Below are positions 52,977-62,083 of a DNA stretch of 64,000 nucleotides, piece after piece. This DNA comes from an uncultured Gammaproteobacteria bacterium (GTDB taxonomy: Bacteria > Patescibacteriota > Microgenomatia > Daviesbacterales > UBA10151): contig CAZAZW010000001.1 in NCBI GenBank assembly GCA_964489875.1, positions 183,816 through 247,815 on the forward strand. The letters run 5' to 3'. The number at the start of each line of letters is the position of its first letter. The stretch's first letter is position 1. Below the pieces are notes generated by a model that was not told the DNA's origin, did no database searches, and was given only the letters and a program-made list of their open reading frames with translations. A program made the position numbers and the translations under genes.

Positions 52977-53110
52977 TTTAAAAAACCTCTCAGGACGAGA
53001 GGTTAAAAGTTTTCCTGTACCAGACGGTACGGGACACATCTTCCTCGCGGATTTGGCACCGTGACTTTACGGTTGCCGGCTCGCCTTTTAGGCGGCACTC
53101 CTGATGTAGG
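52977..53110 (-). promoter_or_regulatory. SAM riboswitch of the SAM-I clan (SAM-IV or SAM-I/IV-like core) plus terminator
   Basis: The minus strand reads ACATCAGGAGTGCCGCC-TAAAA-GGCGAGCCGGCAACCGTAAAGTCACGGTGCCAAATCCGCGAGGAAGATGT, with P1 ACATC/GATGT. The GCCGGCAACC and GGTGCCAAATCC blocks match the SAM-I/IV core. The terminator is AACCTCTC-GTCCT-GAGAGGTTTTTT (52977-53004). Confidence 0.75.
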
Positions 53111-53131
53111 TATTAGTAAACCATAAACACT

Positions 53132-54544
53132 TTACTTTGGCAAGTCCTCAAAAACCGCCTGTTTTTCTATTTCTGCCAAAAGTTCTTGCTTCTTACCTTC
53201 CAAAGCCTCTTTACCAACATGCTCAATATTAAGGCGAAGCAGTGGTTCTGTATTGGAGCTGCGGAGAGAAAAACGCCAATCTTTATACGATACCGCTACC
53301 CCATCTAATGTACTAATTTGTGCATCCGAATATTTTTCTTTTAAAGCCTCAATGATTTCCAAAGCGTTTTTTACCCTAAAATTAGTTTCTCCGGATTCAT
53401 GGCTTCTTTTTAAACCCTCTATTATCTCAGATAAAGGACTACCCTCTCTACTCATTACTTTAAGTACTATCAAAATCATCGGCAGCTGCGATTCGGCATT
53501 ACCTGTTTCTCTAAAAAAGTAATGAGCAGAGGATTCACCAGCGAAAACAGCCCCAGTTTCGTGCATTTTTTCCGTTATAAAAGCATGACCCACTTTGGTA
53601 ATCTCATATTTCCCTCCATATTCTTCCACAATTTTTTTGGGGGTTAAAATATAGCGGATATCAAAAAGAATAGTCTCTCCTTTTTTCTCTGACAGCAGTT
53701 CCCTGGCAACTAAGGCAGTAATTAAGGAGGGCTGAATAATCTGCCCTTTTTCATCAATAAAAAATAACCTATCGCCATCGCCATCAGGAGCAAGCCCTAA
53801 GTCAGCTTTTTCTTCCATCACTTTTTTCTGCAAATCCCTTAAAGTCTCAAATTGCAAAGGATCAGCCTGATGGGCCGGAAAAGTTCCGTCCAGCTCAAAG
53901 TTCAACTTGATAAGTTCTCCGGGAATAGCTTTAAACAAAGCATCAATATAAAGGGAACCTAAAGCGTTGGCCGCATCAGCTGCTATTTTAAATTTCTTAA
54001 TTTCCGGATATCCGGCAATCCTCAGTGCATTTTGAACTTCTTCTTCTAGTACGTCTTCCTTTTTGGTAATACTGCCTTTCCCCCGACTAATGATTTCTAT
54101 CCCTTCCCTGCTCATCTTTTTTATTTCATCCATACCAGTGTTTTTACCAATTTTTACCAAACCTGTAGATGATCTCCTAACGATTTTGATTCCGTTATAC
54201 TCTTTCGGATTATGGGAAGCTGTGATTTGCAATCCTCCATCATAATTGTATTTAAAAACTGCAAAATAAAAAGTTGGTGTCGATACTATCCCCAAATCAA
54301 CTACCTTTGCCCCCAACTCCACCAAAGTTTTACTGACTGCCTCAAAAATAGCCGGGGAGGAAAGTCTCATGTCCCGGCCCACTGCAATTGTTAAAGGCTT
54401 GGTAGAAGATAATTGATCAGAAATTAATTTATAGATGGCGCGGGTTATCGAAACAGCAAACTCTTCGTTAATCTCTTTAGGATAGATACCTCTAATATCA
54501 TAACTTTTGAAGATATTTTCCGGGGGTATATCCATAAGATGCAT
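53132..54544 (-). CDS. Phosphomannomutase/phosphoglucomutase
   Basis: 470 aa with the active-site TASHNPKEYNG, metal-binding DGDGDR, and GESSAH. Confidence 0.9.
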   Translation of the reverse strand: MHLMDIPPENIFKSYDIRGIYPKEINEEFAVSITRAIYKLISDQLSSTKPLTIAVGRDMRLSSPAIFEAVSKTLVELGAKVVDLGIVSTPTFYFAVFKYNYDGGLQITASHNPKEYNGIKIVRRSSTGLVKIGKNTGMDEIKKMSREGIEIISRGKGSITKKEDVLEEEVQNALRIAGYPEIKKFKIAADAANALGSLYIDALFKAIPGELIKLNFELDGTFPAHQADPLQFETLRDLQKKVMEEKADLGLAPDGDGDRLFFIDEKGQIIQPSLITALVARELLSEKKGETILFDIRYILTPKKIVEEYGGKYEITKVGHAFITEKMHETGAVFAGESSAHYFFRETGNAESQLPMILIVLKVMSREGSPLSEIIEGLKRSHESGETNFRVKNALEIIEALKEKYSDAQISTLDGVAVSYKDWRFSLRSSNTEPLLRLNIEHVGKEALEGKKQELLAEIEKQAVFEDLPK

Positions 54545-54611
54545 CCCACTATAGCTAATTCTTAAATTAAATTCAAGCTCTTAATATCTAGTTCTAAATT
54601 GTATATTATTA

Positions 54612-55262
54612 ATGATGCTAATGTTTTTATCACTTATATTTAGCTTAGCTTTTATTGTTTTCAGTCTCTTGGTAAGGAGAGGTTTATTCTTGTCGATCGA
54701 CCAATATATCGATCAAACCCTACCTTTTGTACTAACTAGTCCGGTATATTTTATTTCCAAAGCTCTGGCCTTTGTGTATGTTCCCTTAAGCACAGTAGTA
54801 GCTGCATTATTTATTAAATTCCTGATAAAAAAACAAAACAAAGAAGCGGCGGTCAGCGTGATGAGTTTTTCAGGCGCCATATTAGCTGAGTTTATTTTAA
54901 AACCATTGTTTAATATTTCCTGTCCGCAAAGTTATTACAGCAAATTCTTAGCTAATCAGGAAGTTTTTGGTTTATTACAAGCCCTTCAATCCATCGGGTT
55001 TTTTGAAACCTGTTACCCTTCAAGTCATACTGCTTCCTATGTAATCTTTTGCGGATATCTGGCTTATCTTGTTTCAAGATATATTAAGAAGAAGCGGAAA
55101 CGTTTTATTTTACTTGCCACTTTATCCACCATTATTATACTAGTGGGCCCTTCCAGGCTTTATCTGCACGCCCATTGGTTCTCTGATGTAATAGGGGGTT
55201 ATTTACTGGGTTTTGCCCTACTTTTTGCTATAATTTCTCTATATCGCAAACTAATCCGCTAA
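54612..55262 (+). CDS. PAP2-family phosphatase (membrane)
   Basis: 216 aa with PSSHTA and SRLYLHAHWFSDV (the PAP2 C2/C3 motifs). Confidence 0.8.
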   Translation: MMLMFLSLIFSLAFIVFSLLVRRGLFLSIDQYIDQTLPFVLTSPVYFISKALAFVYVPLSTVVAALFIKFLIKKQNKEAAVSVMSFSGAILAEFILKPLFNISCPQSYYSKFLANQEVFGLLQALQSIGFFETCYPSSHTASYVIFCGYLAYLVSRYIKKKRKRFILLATLSTIIILVGPSRLYLHAHWFSDVIGGYLLGFALLFAIISLYRKLIR

Positions 55263-55364
55263 TTTCCCCCTCTTCGTCAATACCACATTTTGCCAAACAA
55301 CAGTAAAAGAAAAGCAAGAATAGCAAAATGCATAATTTGTGTTATCATAATGAAATAAAAATCT

Positions 55365-57077
55365 ATGCCTGAACAAAAAGATACTCTTTTGCCACCTCTT
55401 AACGAACGTATAGCCAAGCTAGATACTTTATCTAAGCAATACGGCGGATCAGAGGGAATACCTGATACAGAACTAAAGAGCTTAGGCTATTATCGGGAAC
55501 AAATAGAAGGCGGTTGGAGACTGATACCGGTAGAACGAATGGATCAACGAGCAAAAGAGCAGTTAGCAGAACAAACAAAAATGCAGGAAAAAATTGAGAG
55601 AACACCGCTTAAAGGAGTTTCTGTACAAGTTCCAGAAACTGATATTCCTTTCCGAGACTTATTTTATGACGACGTAACAGAACTCACTAATCGAGTAGAA
55701 GATTTGATACGCTTTACTGATAGGGCTCATGGGTCGATTGATAGTGTAATAAAGCATACTCTTTCTCCTGATAGTCCTTATTGCTATTTATTTAATGATT
55801 TCAGCAAGTTTTTAGATCAGTCAAAAGACAAACTAGGCTTTCAAGAACAAGAAACTAGTAGACTAAAAGAGGAGATTTTCGGGTATTGCTCCCTCTATTC
55901 TAGTAATTTTTCAGACATTATTCCGGAAGGCAGTGATGCTTTTGTCCAAGGCTTCATTGAAGATGAAAGAGCTGTCACCATCTCACAATCAAAAAGTGAG
56001 GCTCTTTTCACTTTCTTTGAACGCCAGAGAGGTACTTTTGCTGATATGCATCAACTAAATGAGGACTTTCAGGACGCATTCAATGATGAGATCGACATCG
56101 GAGAACACCCTGAGAAAAGATATCCTCAATTACAACGTTATATTACAAGTCATAAATTAACCGATAATTATACTCTCATAACAAATGTTTTTGGTGCTTA
56201 CCTTGAACATCTGAATCTTGAAGGTATAGCTGCTACCCTTCAACATGCTGCCTCTCCCCAAGAAGCAACAAAATTACTTCAGGAAGCCAATTTTACTCGA
56301 GTTTTAGATGAAGAAAGAAGAACTATTAAAGCTAGCATTCAATCAGCTTCTATTGAAGAAAAGAAACAAGTTAGTAAACAACTAAAGGAAATTGAACAAG
56401 AGATTAAAAGAAGAAAACAAATCCAAAAGGGTATGCAGGAATATTTTTCTTCTCCTCAAATAGAAGCAAAAATCTTAGGAGATAAGATAAAAAATATTCA
56501 GGAATTATTAGCAAATGAAAAAAAAGAAACAGGGCAATCAACTACTCTCTATTTGGATGCAACACCAGATCCTGCATATGATACAGACCCAGGTGTCGTC
56601 AGTGGAGACTGCACAGAAGGCGAACCGCTTCCATTCATCGAGCCTAGTATACCACTCTATAACACTAAAGTTTTTAATAATAAGAGACAACATATAGGAA
56701 ATATGTATTTGTTGGTAACAACTACAGAAACAGTAATTGATCATAATCCTATGCAGGTCTGGCACTTTGATGCTATCCAAATCCCAAATCGGCGGATAGA
56801 TTGGAAGAAAGCTATTCAATACTTAATTGAGAGCATAGGCAAAGAAGCAGCAAAGCAAGATATCGATTTAATAACTGTTAACGGTCAAGAATATAGAATT
56901 TCAAATTACGATTATATCGATGAAGCAGTTAGAGAATACGGTGAAGAAAGAGGCGATCAATTCGTATCTGTGAATATTCCTGAGGTGGAAGAAGAATTTA
57001 AAGGTAAAAATTATAGCAGTCTTCAAGGAAATGGCGGTGCATTGGTTTTATGGACCAAACCCTCATCAAGTAAATAA
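55365..57077 (+). CDS. Large hypothetical cytoplasmic protein (570 aa), no recognised domain
   Basis: A long clean ORF with no TM helix or signal peptide. It has a central Lys/Glu-rich coiled-coil-like stretch (EEKKQVSKQLKEIEQEIKRRKQIQK) and a C-terminal roughly 170-aa beta-rich region. Confidence 0.6.
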   Translation: MPEQKDTLLPPLNERIAKLDTLSKQYGGSEGIPDTELKSLGYYREQIEGGWRLIPVERMDQRAKEQLAEQTKMQEKIERTPLKGVSVQVPETDIPFRDLFYDDVTELTNRVEDLIRFTDRAHGSIDSVIKHTLSPDSPYCYLFNDFSKFLDQSKDKLGFQEQETSRLKEEIFGYCSLYSSNFSDIIPEGSDAFVQGFIEDERAVTISQSKSEALFTFFERQRGTFADMHQLNEDFQDAFNDEIDIGEHPEKRYPQLQRYITSHKLTDNYTLITNVFGAYLEHLNLEGIAATLQHAASPQEATKLLQEANFTRVLDEERRTIKASIQSASIEEKKQVSKQLKEIEQEIKRRKQIQKGMQEYFSSPQIEAKILGDKIKNIQELLANEKKETGQSTTLYLDATPDPAYDTDPGVVSGDCTEGEPLPFIEPSIPLYNTKVFNNKRQHIGNMYLLVTTTETVIDHNPMQVWHFDAIQIPNRRIDWKKAIQYLIESIGKEAAKQDIDLITVNGQEYRISNYDYIDEAVREYGEERGDQFVSVNIPEVEEEFKGKNYSSLQGNGGALVLWTKPSSSK

Positions 57078-57196
57078 CTTTTACCTCTTTGGAGATTGTT
57101 TTTTCGCCCTCGTCCTACAAATCTTACCACTCGCCTTTCTAATTCTATTCGAATACGGCTCGTGGAGCGATTAAGAAGGACTGCGAGCTCAGAAAA

Positions 57197-57589
57197 TTAA
57201 CGCTTAGGAGACTGCTTCTTCGCTCTCGCTTTTTGGGCTAGGCCGTATTTTCTTCTCTCTTTCACCCGCGGATCACGGGTTAGAAAACCTGCTTTTTTTA
57301 AAGTAGTCCGGGCGGCCGGAGCTGTTTTAGCAATAGCTCTGGCAATTCCATGCACAAACGCATCAAGTTGCGAAGCTTGCCCACCGCCTGCTACCTTGAC
57401 CGAAATTGTAAACTTACCCAAAGTATCCGTAATTTCCAAAGGTTTGTTATATTGTTTTTGAAGTAGCGGACCAGGGAAATATTCCACAATAGGTTTACCG
57501 TTAACAGTTACCTGTCCTTTACCTTCTGATAATCTAACTCTAGCTATTGCCTCTTTACGACGACCAACAGTAGAAATATTTCCCATCAC
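57197..57589 (-). CDS. rpsI: 30S ribosomal protein S9
   Basis: 130 aa with [10 protein letters not shown] and the C-terminal [19 protein letters not shown]. Confidence 0.95.
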   Translation of the reverse strand: MMGNISTVGRRKEAIARVRLSEGKGQVTVNGKPIVEYFPGPLLQKQYNKPLEITDTLGKFTISVKVAGGGQASQLDAFVHGIARAIAKTAPAARTTLKKAGFLTRDPRVKERRKYGLAQKARAKKQSPKR

Positions 57590-57999
57590 CTTGCCTCCTT
57601 TGCCTCGCCTTGGGCGGGACCTGCAAATACTTTTAATTTTTTAATCATTTGGCTGCCTAATCTGTTGTGAGGTAACATACCTTTGACCGCATGTTCAATA
57701 ATATACTCGGGCTTGCGAGTTAGCATCTTATCAAAGGTCTCAACTTTAAGGCCACCTGGGTACCCTGAATGACGCGTATAGGTTTTGTACTTCCATTTCT
57801 TTCCTGTTACCTTAATATCCTTTGCGTTTGTTACCACTACAAAATCTCCCGTATCTAAATACGGCACAAACTGCGGCTTTTTCTTACCCATCAAAATAGT
57901 TGCCACTTCTGTTGCCAGTCTACCCAAAATTTTTCCGCTGGCATCAATAGTATGAGTTTCTCTTCTTATATTTTTAGCTGATAATTTATTAGTCGACAT
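57586..57999 (-). CDS. rplM: 50S ribosomal protein L13
   Basis: 137 aa with [13 protein letters not shown] and HSGYPGGLK. Confidence 0.95.
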   Translation of the reverse strand: MSTNKLSAKNIRRETHTIDASGKILGRLATEVATILMGKKKPQFVPYLDTGDFVVVTNAKDIKVTGKKWKYKTYTRHSGYPGGLKVETFDKMLTRKPEYIIEHAVKGMLPHNRLGSQMIKKLKVFAGPAQGEAKEAR

Positions 58000-58030
58000 A
58001 AGTTAGTGACTAGTCGCTAGAGTCAAGAGT

Positions 58031-58510
58031 CTAGGACTTTTTTCCTCCTCTTCTTGTTGTAGATGCTTTAGTTACTTTCTTTGATGGCTTAGTCTGTACA
58101 GTTTCTTTTTCTGTCTTTACTGCCTGAGTGCTTTTTTTACTTGACTCTTGACTCTTGACTCTTGACTCTATTGGTTTTAATTCCTCTGCTCCAATCAGGC
58201 TCATACGGACCATGGTAGTTTGGTCTCCTAACCGTGTTCCCATTCTGACTACTTGAGTAAAGCCGGATGTTCTGGCTCCTAATTTTGGAATGATTCTGCC
58301 TATCAACTCTTGTAAATCTAAAGGGGCCGATTTTGGATTTTTTTTGACCGAATTTATGACTTTATCCACTAAACCTTTGATTGCCTTAGCCTTAGCCTCA
58401 GAAGTTTGTATTGTCCCATGAGACAAAAGAGAATATATTAACCCTTTAAAAAGGTTTTTACGCTGATCCTTATTTCTTCCAAGGTGTTTACCATAAACTC
58501 TATGCCTCAC
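58031..58510 (-). CDS. rplQ: 50S ribosomal protein L17 with a Lys/Ser-rich C-terminal extension
   Basis: 159 aa starting MRHRVYGKHLGRNKDQRKNL. The tail contains a tandem heptanucleotide repeat. Confidence 0.9.
   Translation of the reverse strand: MRHRVYGKHLGRNKDQRKNLFKGLIYSLLSHGTIQTSEAKAKAIKGLVDKVINSVKKNPKSAPLDLQELIGRIIPKLGARTSGFTQVVRMGTRLGDQTTMVRMSLIGAEELKPIESRVKSQESSKKSTQAVKTEKETVQTKPSKKVTKASTTRRGGKKS
58141..58168. repeat. Tandem heptanucleotide repeat (TTGACTC)x4 inside rplQ
   Basis: Four perfect head-to-tail copies at 58141-58168. The coding strand reads GAGTCAA x4 and encodes ESRVKSQES. Confidence 0.9.
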
Positions 58511-59405
58511 TGAGAGTCAACCCCCTCTCAACTAACTTCTCTGATATCAAACGTATAGATTTGGTACCTAGGTTTTTGGCTTTTAGGAGCTGTTGTCTCG
58601 GAGTATTGATTAAATCTTCAATAGTATTAATCTCTATTGCCTTCAAGGCATTAGTAATCCTGACTGGTAAGTCCAACTCTTCAATAGTCAATTTCAAGGT
58701 CTCTTCGGAAATTTTAGAACCGGAATCTTCTACTTCTTCTTCAATCTGCGGTTCGAATACTGCATGAAAAGTATCTGATAAAATCTTTGCAGCAGAATTT
58801 AAGGCCTCCAGAGGAGAAAGAGTTCCGTCAGTTGCCACATCTAAAACCAACTTGTCAAAATCTGTCCTTCGCCCTACCCTCGTTGGCTCGACAGTGTAAT
58901 TAACCGACACAACCGGACTAAACAATGCATCTATTGGTATCACACCAATTTCATTGGTTTTTCTTTCATCTGAAATTGAATAACCCTTACCCGACACAGC
59001 TTCCATTTCTATATTCAGTTTGGATTTAGCATCAGTTAGAGTTGCTATATGTTGGTCTGGATTTATAATTTCTCCGTCTCCTAAAATTTCCAAATCTCCT
59101 GCTTTAACAACGCCTTTACCTGATGCTTTAAGGATTAGCTTCACGGATTTATCGGACGGGATGCTTAAGCGAATTTTTTTAATATTTAAAATAATCTCAA
59201 TAACATCTTCCAAAACACCATCAATTGTGGAGAATCTGTGGGCAACACCATCAATCTTAATTGAAGTTACAGCAGCACCTGACAAAACAGTTAACAGTAC
59301 CCTCCTTAAACTATTGCCTAAGGTATGACCAAAACCTGCCTCAAGCGGTTCGAGTGCAATACTAGCGAAATTTTCTGATTCTTTTTCTGTTTTAACTTTA
59401 AACAT
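58500..59405 (-). CDS. rpoA: DNA-directed RNA polymerase alpha subunit
   Basis: 301 aa with an N-terminal dimerisation domain (GFGHTLGNSLRRVLL) and an alpha-CTD (ELDLPVRITNALK). Confidence 0.95.
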   Translation of the reverse strand: MFKVKTEKESENFASIALEPLEAGFGHTLGNSLRRVLLTVLSGAAVTSIKIDGVAHRFSTIDGVLEDVIEIILNIKKIRLSIPSDKSVKLILKASGKGVVKAGDLEILGDGEIINPDQHIATLTDAKSKLNIEMEAVSGKGYSISDERKTNEIGVIPIDALFSPVVSVNYTVEPTRVGRRTDFDKLVLDVATDGTLSPLEALNSAAKILSDTFHAVFEPQIEEEVEDSGSKISEETLKLTIEELDLPVRITNALKAIEINTIEDLINTPRQQLLKAKNLGTKSIRLISEKLVERGLTLSEA

Positions 59406-59414
59406 AAATACCCC

Positions 59415-60017
59415 TTATCTGGAATAAAATTCTACGATAAGCTGTTCATCAATTGATTGCTCCATCTCTTCCCGCTCCGGCATTCTTAAAACCTTGCCTA
59501 TTGTAGCTTTTCTGTCGAGCCACTCCGGCAAGGTTGATTCTTCCTCTAAACTCTTTTTAACCTGTGTATTATCTCTCATTTGGGGTGAAATTTCAATAGT
59601 CTGATTGATGCTGACTTTGAAGGAGGGAATATTCACCTTTTTGCCATTTACCTTGATATGTCCATGGCTTACCATTTGTCTTGCTCCGGCTCTGCTTTTG
59701 GCAAAATTTAACCGATAGACTACATTATCTAATCTTGTTTCCAAAGTCCGAAGCAAGGCAAGGCCGGTTGCACCCCTCACTTTACTTGCTTCCTCAAAAT
59801 ATCTCTTAAATTGTTTCTCAAGTAATCCAAAAATCCTTTTGGCTTTTTGTTTTTCTCTAAGCTGCACACCATATTCTGATATTCGCCGCCTTCTACCTAA
59901 ACCGTGTTGTCCCGGAGGCACTGCGCCTTTCTTCTCCAAGGATTTGGCATCTTTTGCAAATAAAGCCAAACCTTCTCTCCTAGAGAGTCTTCTCTTCGGA
60001 CCAGTATAACGTGCCAT
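59415..60017 (-). CDS. rpsD: 30S ribosomal protein S4
   Basis: 200 aa starting MARYTGPKRRLSRREG, with an S4 RNA-binding domain. Confidence 0.95.
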   Translation of the reverse strand: MARYTGPKRRLSRREGLALFAKDAKSLEKKGAVPPGQHGLGRRRRISEYGVQLREKQKAKRIFGLLEKQFKRYFEEASKVRGATGLALLRTLETRLDNVVYRLNFAKSRAGARQMVSHGHIKVNGKKVNIPSFKVSINQTIEISPQMRDNTQVKKSLEEESTLPEWLDRKATIGKVLRMPEREEMEQSIDEQLIVEFYSR

Positions 60018-60412
60018 TAAACTCTTCTCCTTTTCTTAGGCCTTGGGCCATTGTGGGGAATAGGAGTTACATCGGCAATCATCGTAATATTAATACCTGC
60101 TCCTCTTAAGGCTTTGATTGTAGCATCTCTACCCGAACCGGGGCCTTTGATATATACCTCAACTGAACTCATTCCGAATCCTTTGGCAGTTTGAGCTAGC
60201 TTCTCCATGGCAGAAATTGCCGCATACGGCGTTGCACGTCTCGCCCCCTTAAAACCTGCCGTACCGGAAGTCCCCCAGGCTAGGGTATTGCCGGAGGTAT
60301 CTGTTAAAGTAATCAGGGTATTATTAAAAGTCGCGGTAACGTACACTCTTCCACTGGTAACTTTCTTCTCTACTGTTTTCTCTTTCTTAATCTGAATCTT
60401 CTTCTTAACCAT
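60017..60412 (-). CDS. rpsK: 30S ribosomal protein S11
   Basis: 131 aa with ATFNNTLITLTD and GPGSGRDA. Confidence 0.95.
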   Translation of the reverse strand: MVKKKIQIKKEKTVEKKVTSGRVYVTATFNNTLITLTDTSGNTLAWGTSGTAGFKGARRATPYAAISAMEKLAQTAKGFGMSSVEVYIKGPGSGRDATIKALRGAGINITMIADVTPIPHNGPRPKKRRRV

Positions 60413-60860
60413 TAGCTTTTAGTTTCTCCTCCCCCACTTGTTGGTCCGCCCGTTTTAGCAACAACTTCTTTTCTGACAGTACCAACAGTCTTTCTTTTAC
60501 CTCGCTTGGTTCTGGCATTGCTCCTAGTCCGCTGTCCCCGAGACGGCAAACCTTTCCTATGCCTCGTACCTCTGTAACTACCAATTTCTTCCAGTCTTTT
60601 AATGTTTTGTTCGACCTCTTGTCTTAAATCTCCTTCAACTTTAAACTGTTCAACCCTCTTTTGTAATTTACAAAATTTTCTAAAGCTTTTTGTAAACGAC
60701 TAATTTCCTCTTCTGTTAAATCTTTTACTCTTTTCGCTCCGTCTACGCCTGCATCCTTTAAAACTGAAACCACATTAGAGCGACCTATCCCAAAAATATA
60801 GGTTAAGCCAATATCAACTCTTTTTCCCTCCGGTAAATCAACTCCTGCAATTCTAGCCAT
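60412..60860 (-). CDS. rpsM: 30S ribosomal protein S13, split over two frames by a -1 shift at 60639-60645
   Basis: The N-terminal part (60860 down) reads [28 protein letters not shown]...NSLK, then hits a stop at 60626-60624. The -1 frame continues [47 protein letters not shown]... to TAA at 60414-60412, overlapping the rpsK ATG. The span is 449 nt, which is not a multiple of 3. Confidence 0.85.
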
Positions 60861-60863
60861 AAA

Positions 60864-60980
60864 TTATCCCTGCCTTTGCTTGTGTCTTGGGTCACGGGGG
60901 CAAATGACATACAAAATGCCCTCGCGCTTGGCTATTTTACAAAATTTACACCGAGCCTTAATTGATGCCTGAACTTTCAT
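60864..60980 (-). CDS. rpmJ: 50S ribosomal protein L36
   Basis: Not in the ORF track. It reads [38 protein letters not shown] (38 aa). Confidence 0.9.
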   Translation of the reverse strand: MKVQASIKARCKFCKIAKREGILYVICPRDPRHKQRQG

Positions 60981-61017
60981 AGTATAATTTTTATAATCAT
61001 TATAATAGTTATAATTA

Positions 61018-61260
61018 TTATTTGAGCCTGAACGTTATCCGTCCCTTATCCAAATCATATTTTGGACTCATCTCTATCCTCACTCTGTCACCTTCCAAAA
61101 GCCTGATATAGTGCATCCTCATTTTACCCGAGATATGACACAAAATAACCCGTCCCAGAAGCTCCGGCACATCAACACTCCTGTCAATCTCTACCCTAAA
61201 TAAAGTATTGGGCAGAACCTCTTTAACCTTACCTTCAACATTTATAACATCCTTAGCCAT
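61018..61260 (-). CDS. infA: Translation initiation factor IF-1
   Basis: 80 aa with [17 protein letters not shown] and [13 protein letters not shown]-like sequence. Confidence 0.9.
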   Translation of the reverse strand: MAKDVINVEGKVKEVLPNTLFRVEIDRSVDVPELLGRVILCHISGKMRMHYIRLLEGDRVRIEMSPKYDLDKGRITFRLK

Positions 61261-61306
61261 TAGTGCTATTTAAGCTGATTGATTCTAACAGATTACGCAC
61301 GAATCG

Positions 61307-62080
61307 TCAACCCACTATAGGATCGCTAGAATTAACGTTTCGCCAATCCGTCAGCACCTCAGCCTCCTTTCTGTCTACAACTACTGTCATCTCAAAAAGT
61401 CCTCCCAAGGAACGATCGGAGGAACTAAAAGTCCAACCGTCATCATCCAAAACTACCTCCGGCGAGCCTACTGTGTAGATAACTTCAATCGCCAAGCTCA
61501 TACCGCTTCTTAGTAGCGGTCCTGTACCCGCTTCTCCAAATCCGGGTATCTCCGGATCCTCATGCAAACTTCTACCCACACCATGTCCTACCAAACTCCT
61601 GACTACAGAATACCCTGATCCTTCCACTTTGGCTTGAATGGCGGCAGATATATCTCCCACTCTTTTTCCGTCTGCTACCTGGGCAATGCCTGACCAAAGC
61701 GCTTCTTCTCCTGTTTTTAGAAATTTCTCTTTTTCCCTGTCTTTACCAACTAAAACACTCCAGGCGCAATCTGTGTGCCAACCTTTATATATTACCGCCA
61801 AATCCACACTCACCACATCACCAATCTCAAATTTCCTAGATGTTGGTATCCCATGAACCACCTGCTCGTTTACCGTGATACAGGTAGCAAACTTGTATCC
61901 CGGCACCGTCTTATAAGACAAATCTCCACCGAGTTTGAAGATTTCTCTTTTGGCAATCTCATCAACCTCAAGTTCTGTTACCCCAACCTTAATTGCTTCC
62001 ACCGCCCGCTTTAAGGCTCTTGCAGCAATAATACCTGATTTCTTCATCAAGCTTTGCTCGTAGGTATTTCTTGCTTTCAT
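61307..62080 (-). CDS. map: Methionine aminopeptidase type I
   Basis: 257 aa with VVHGIP, DLAVIYKGWHTD and GHGVGRSLHE. Confidence 0.9.
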   Translation of the reverse strand: MKARNTYEQSLMKKSGIIAARALKRAVEAIKVGVTELEVDEIAKREIFKLGGDLSYKTVPGYKFATCITVNEQVVHGIPTSRKFEIGDVVSVDLAVIYKGWHTDCAWSVLVGKDREKEKFLKTGEEALWSGIAQVADGKRVGDISAAIQAKVEGSGYSVVRSLVGHGVGRSLHEDPEIPGFGEAGTGPLLRSGMSLAIEVIYTVGSPEVVLDDDGWTFSSSDRSLGGLFEMTVVVDRKEAEVLTDWRNVNSSDPIVG

Positions 62081-62083
62081 CCC

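Noticed and set aside
57130-57180. An imperfect long inverted repeat lies downstream of rpsI (ACTCGCCTTTCTAAT...ATTAAGAAGGACTGCGAG), with a central palindrome TATTCGAATA. I considered it as an ncRNA.
   Set aside because: It is most simply a terminator or stabiliser between the convergent rpsI and 570-aa genes. I recognise no conserved RNA motifs.
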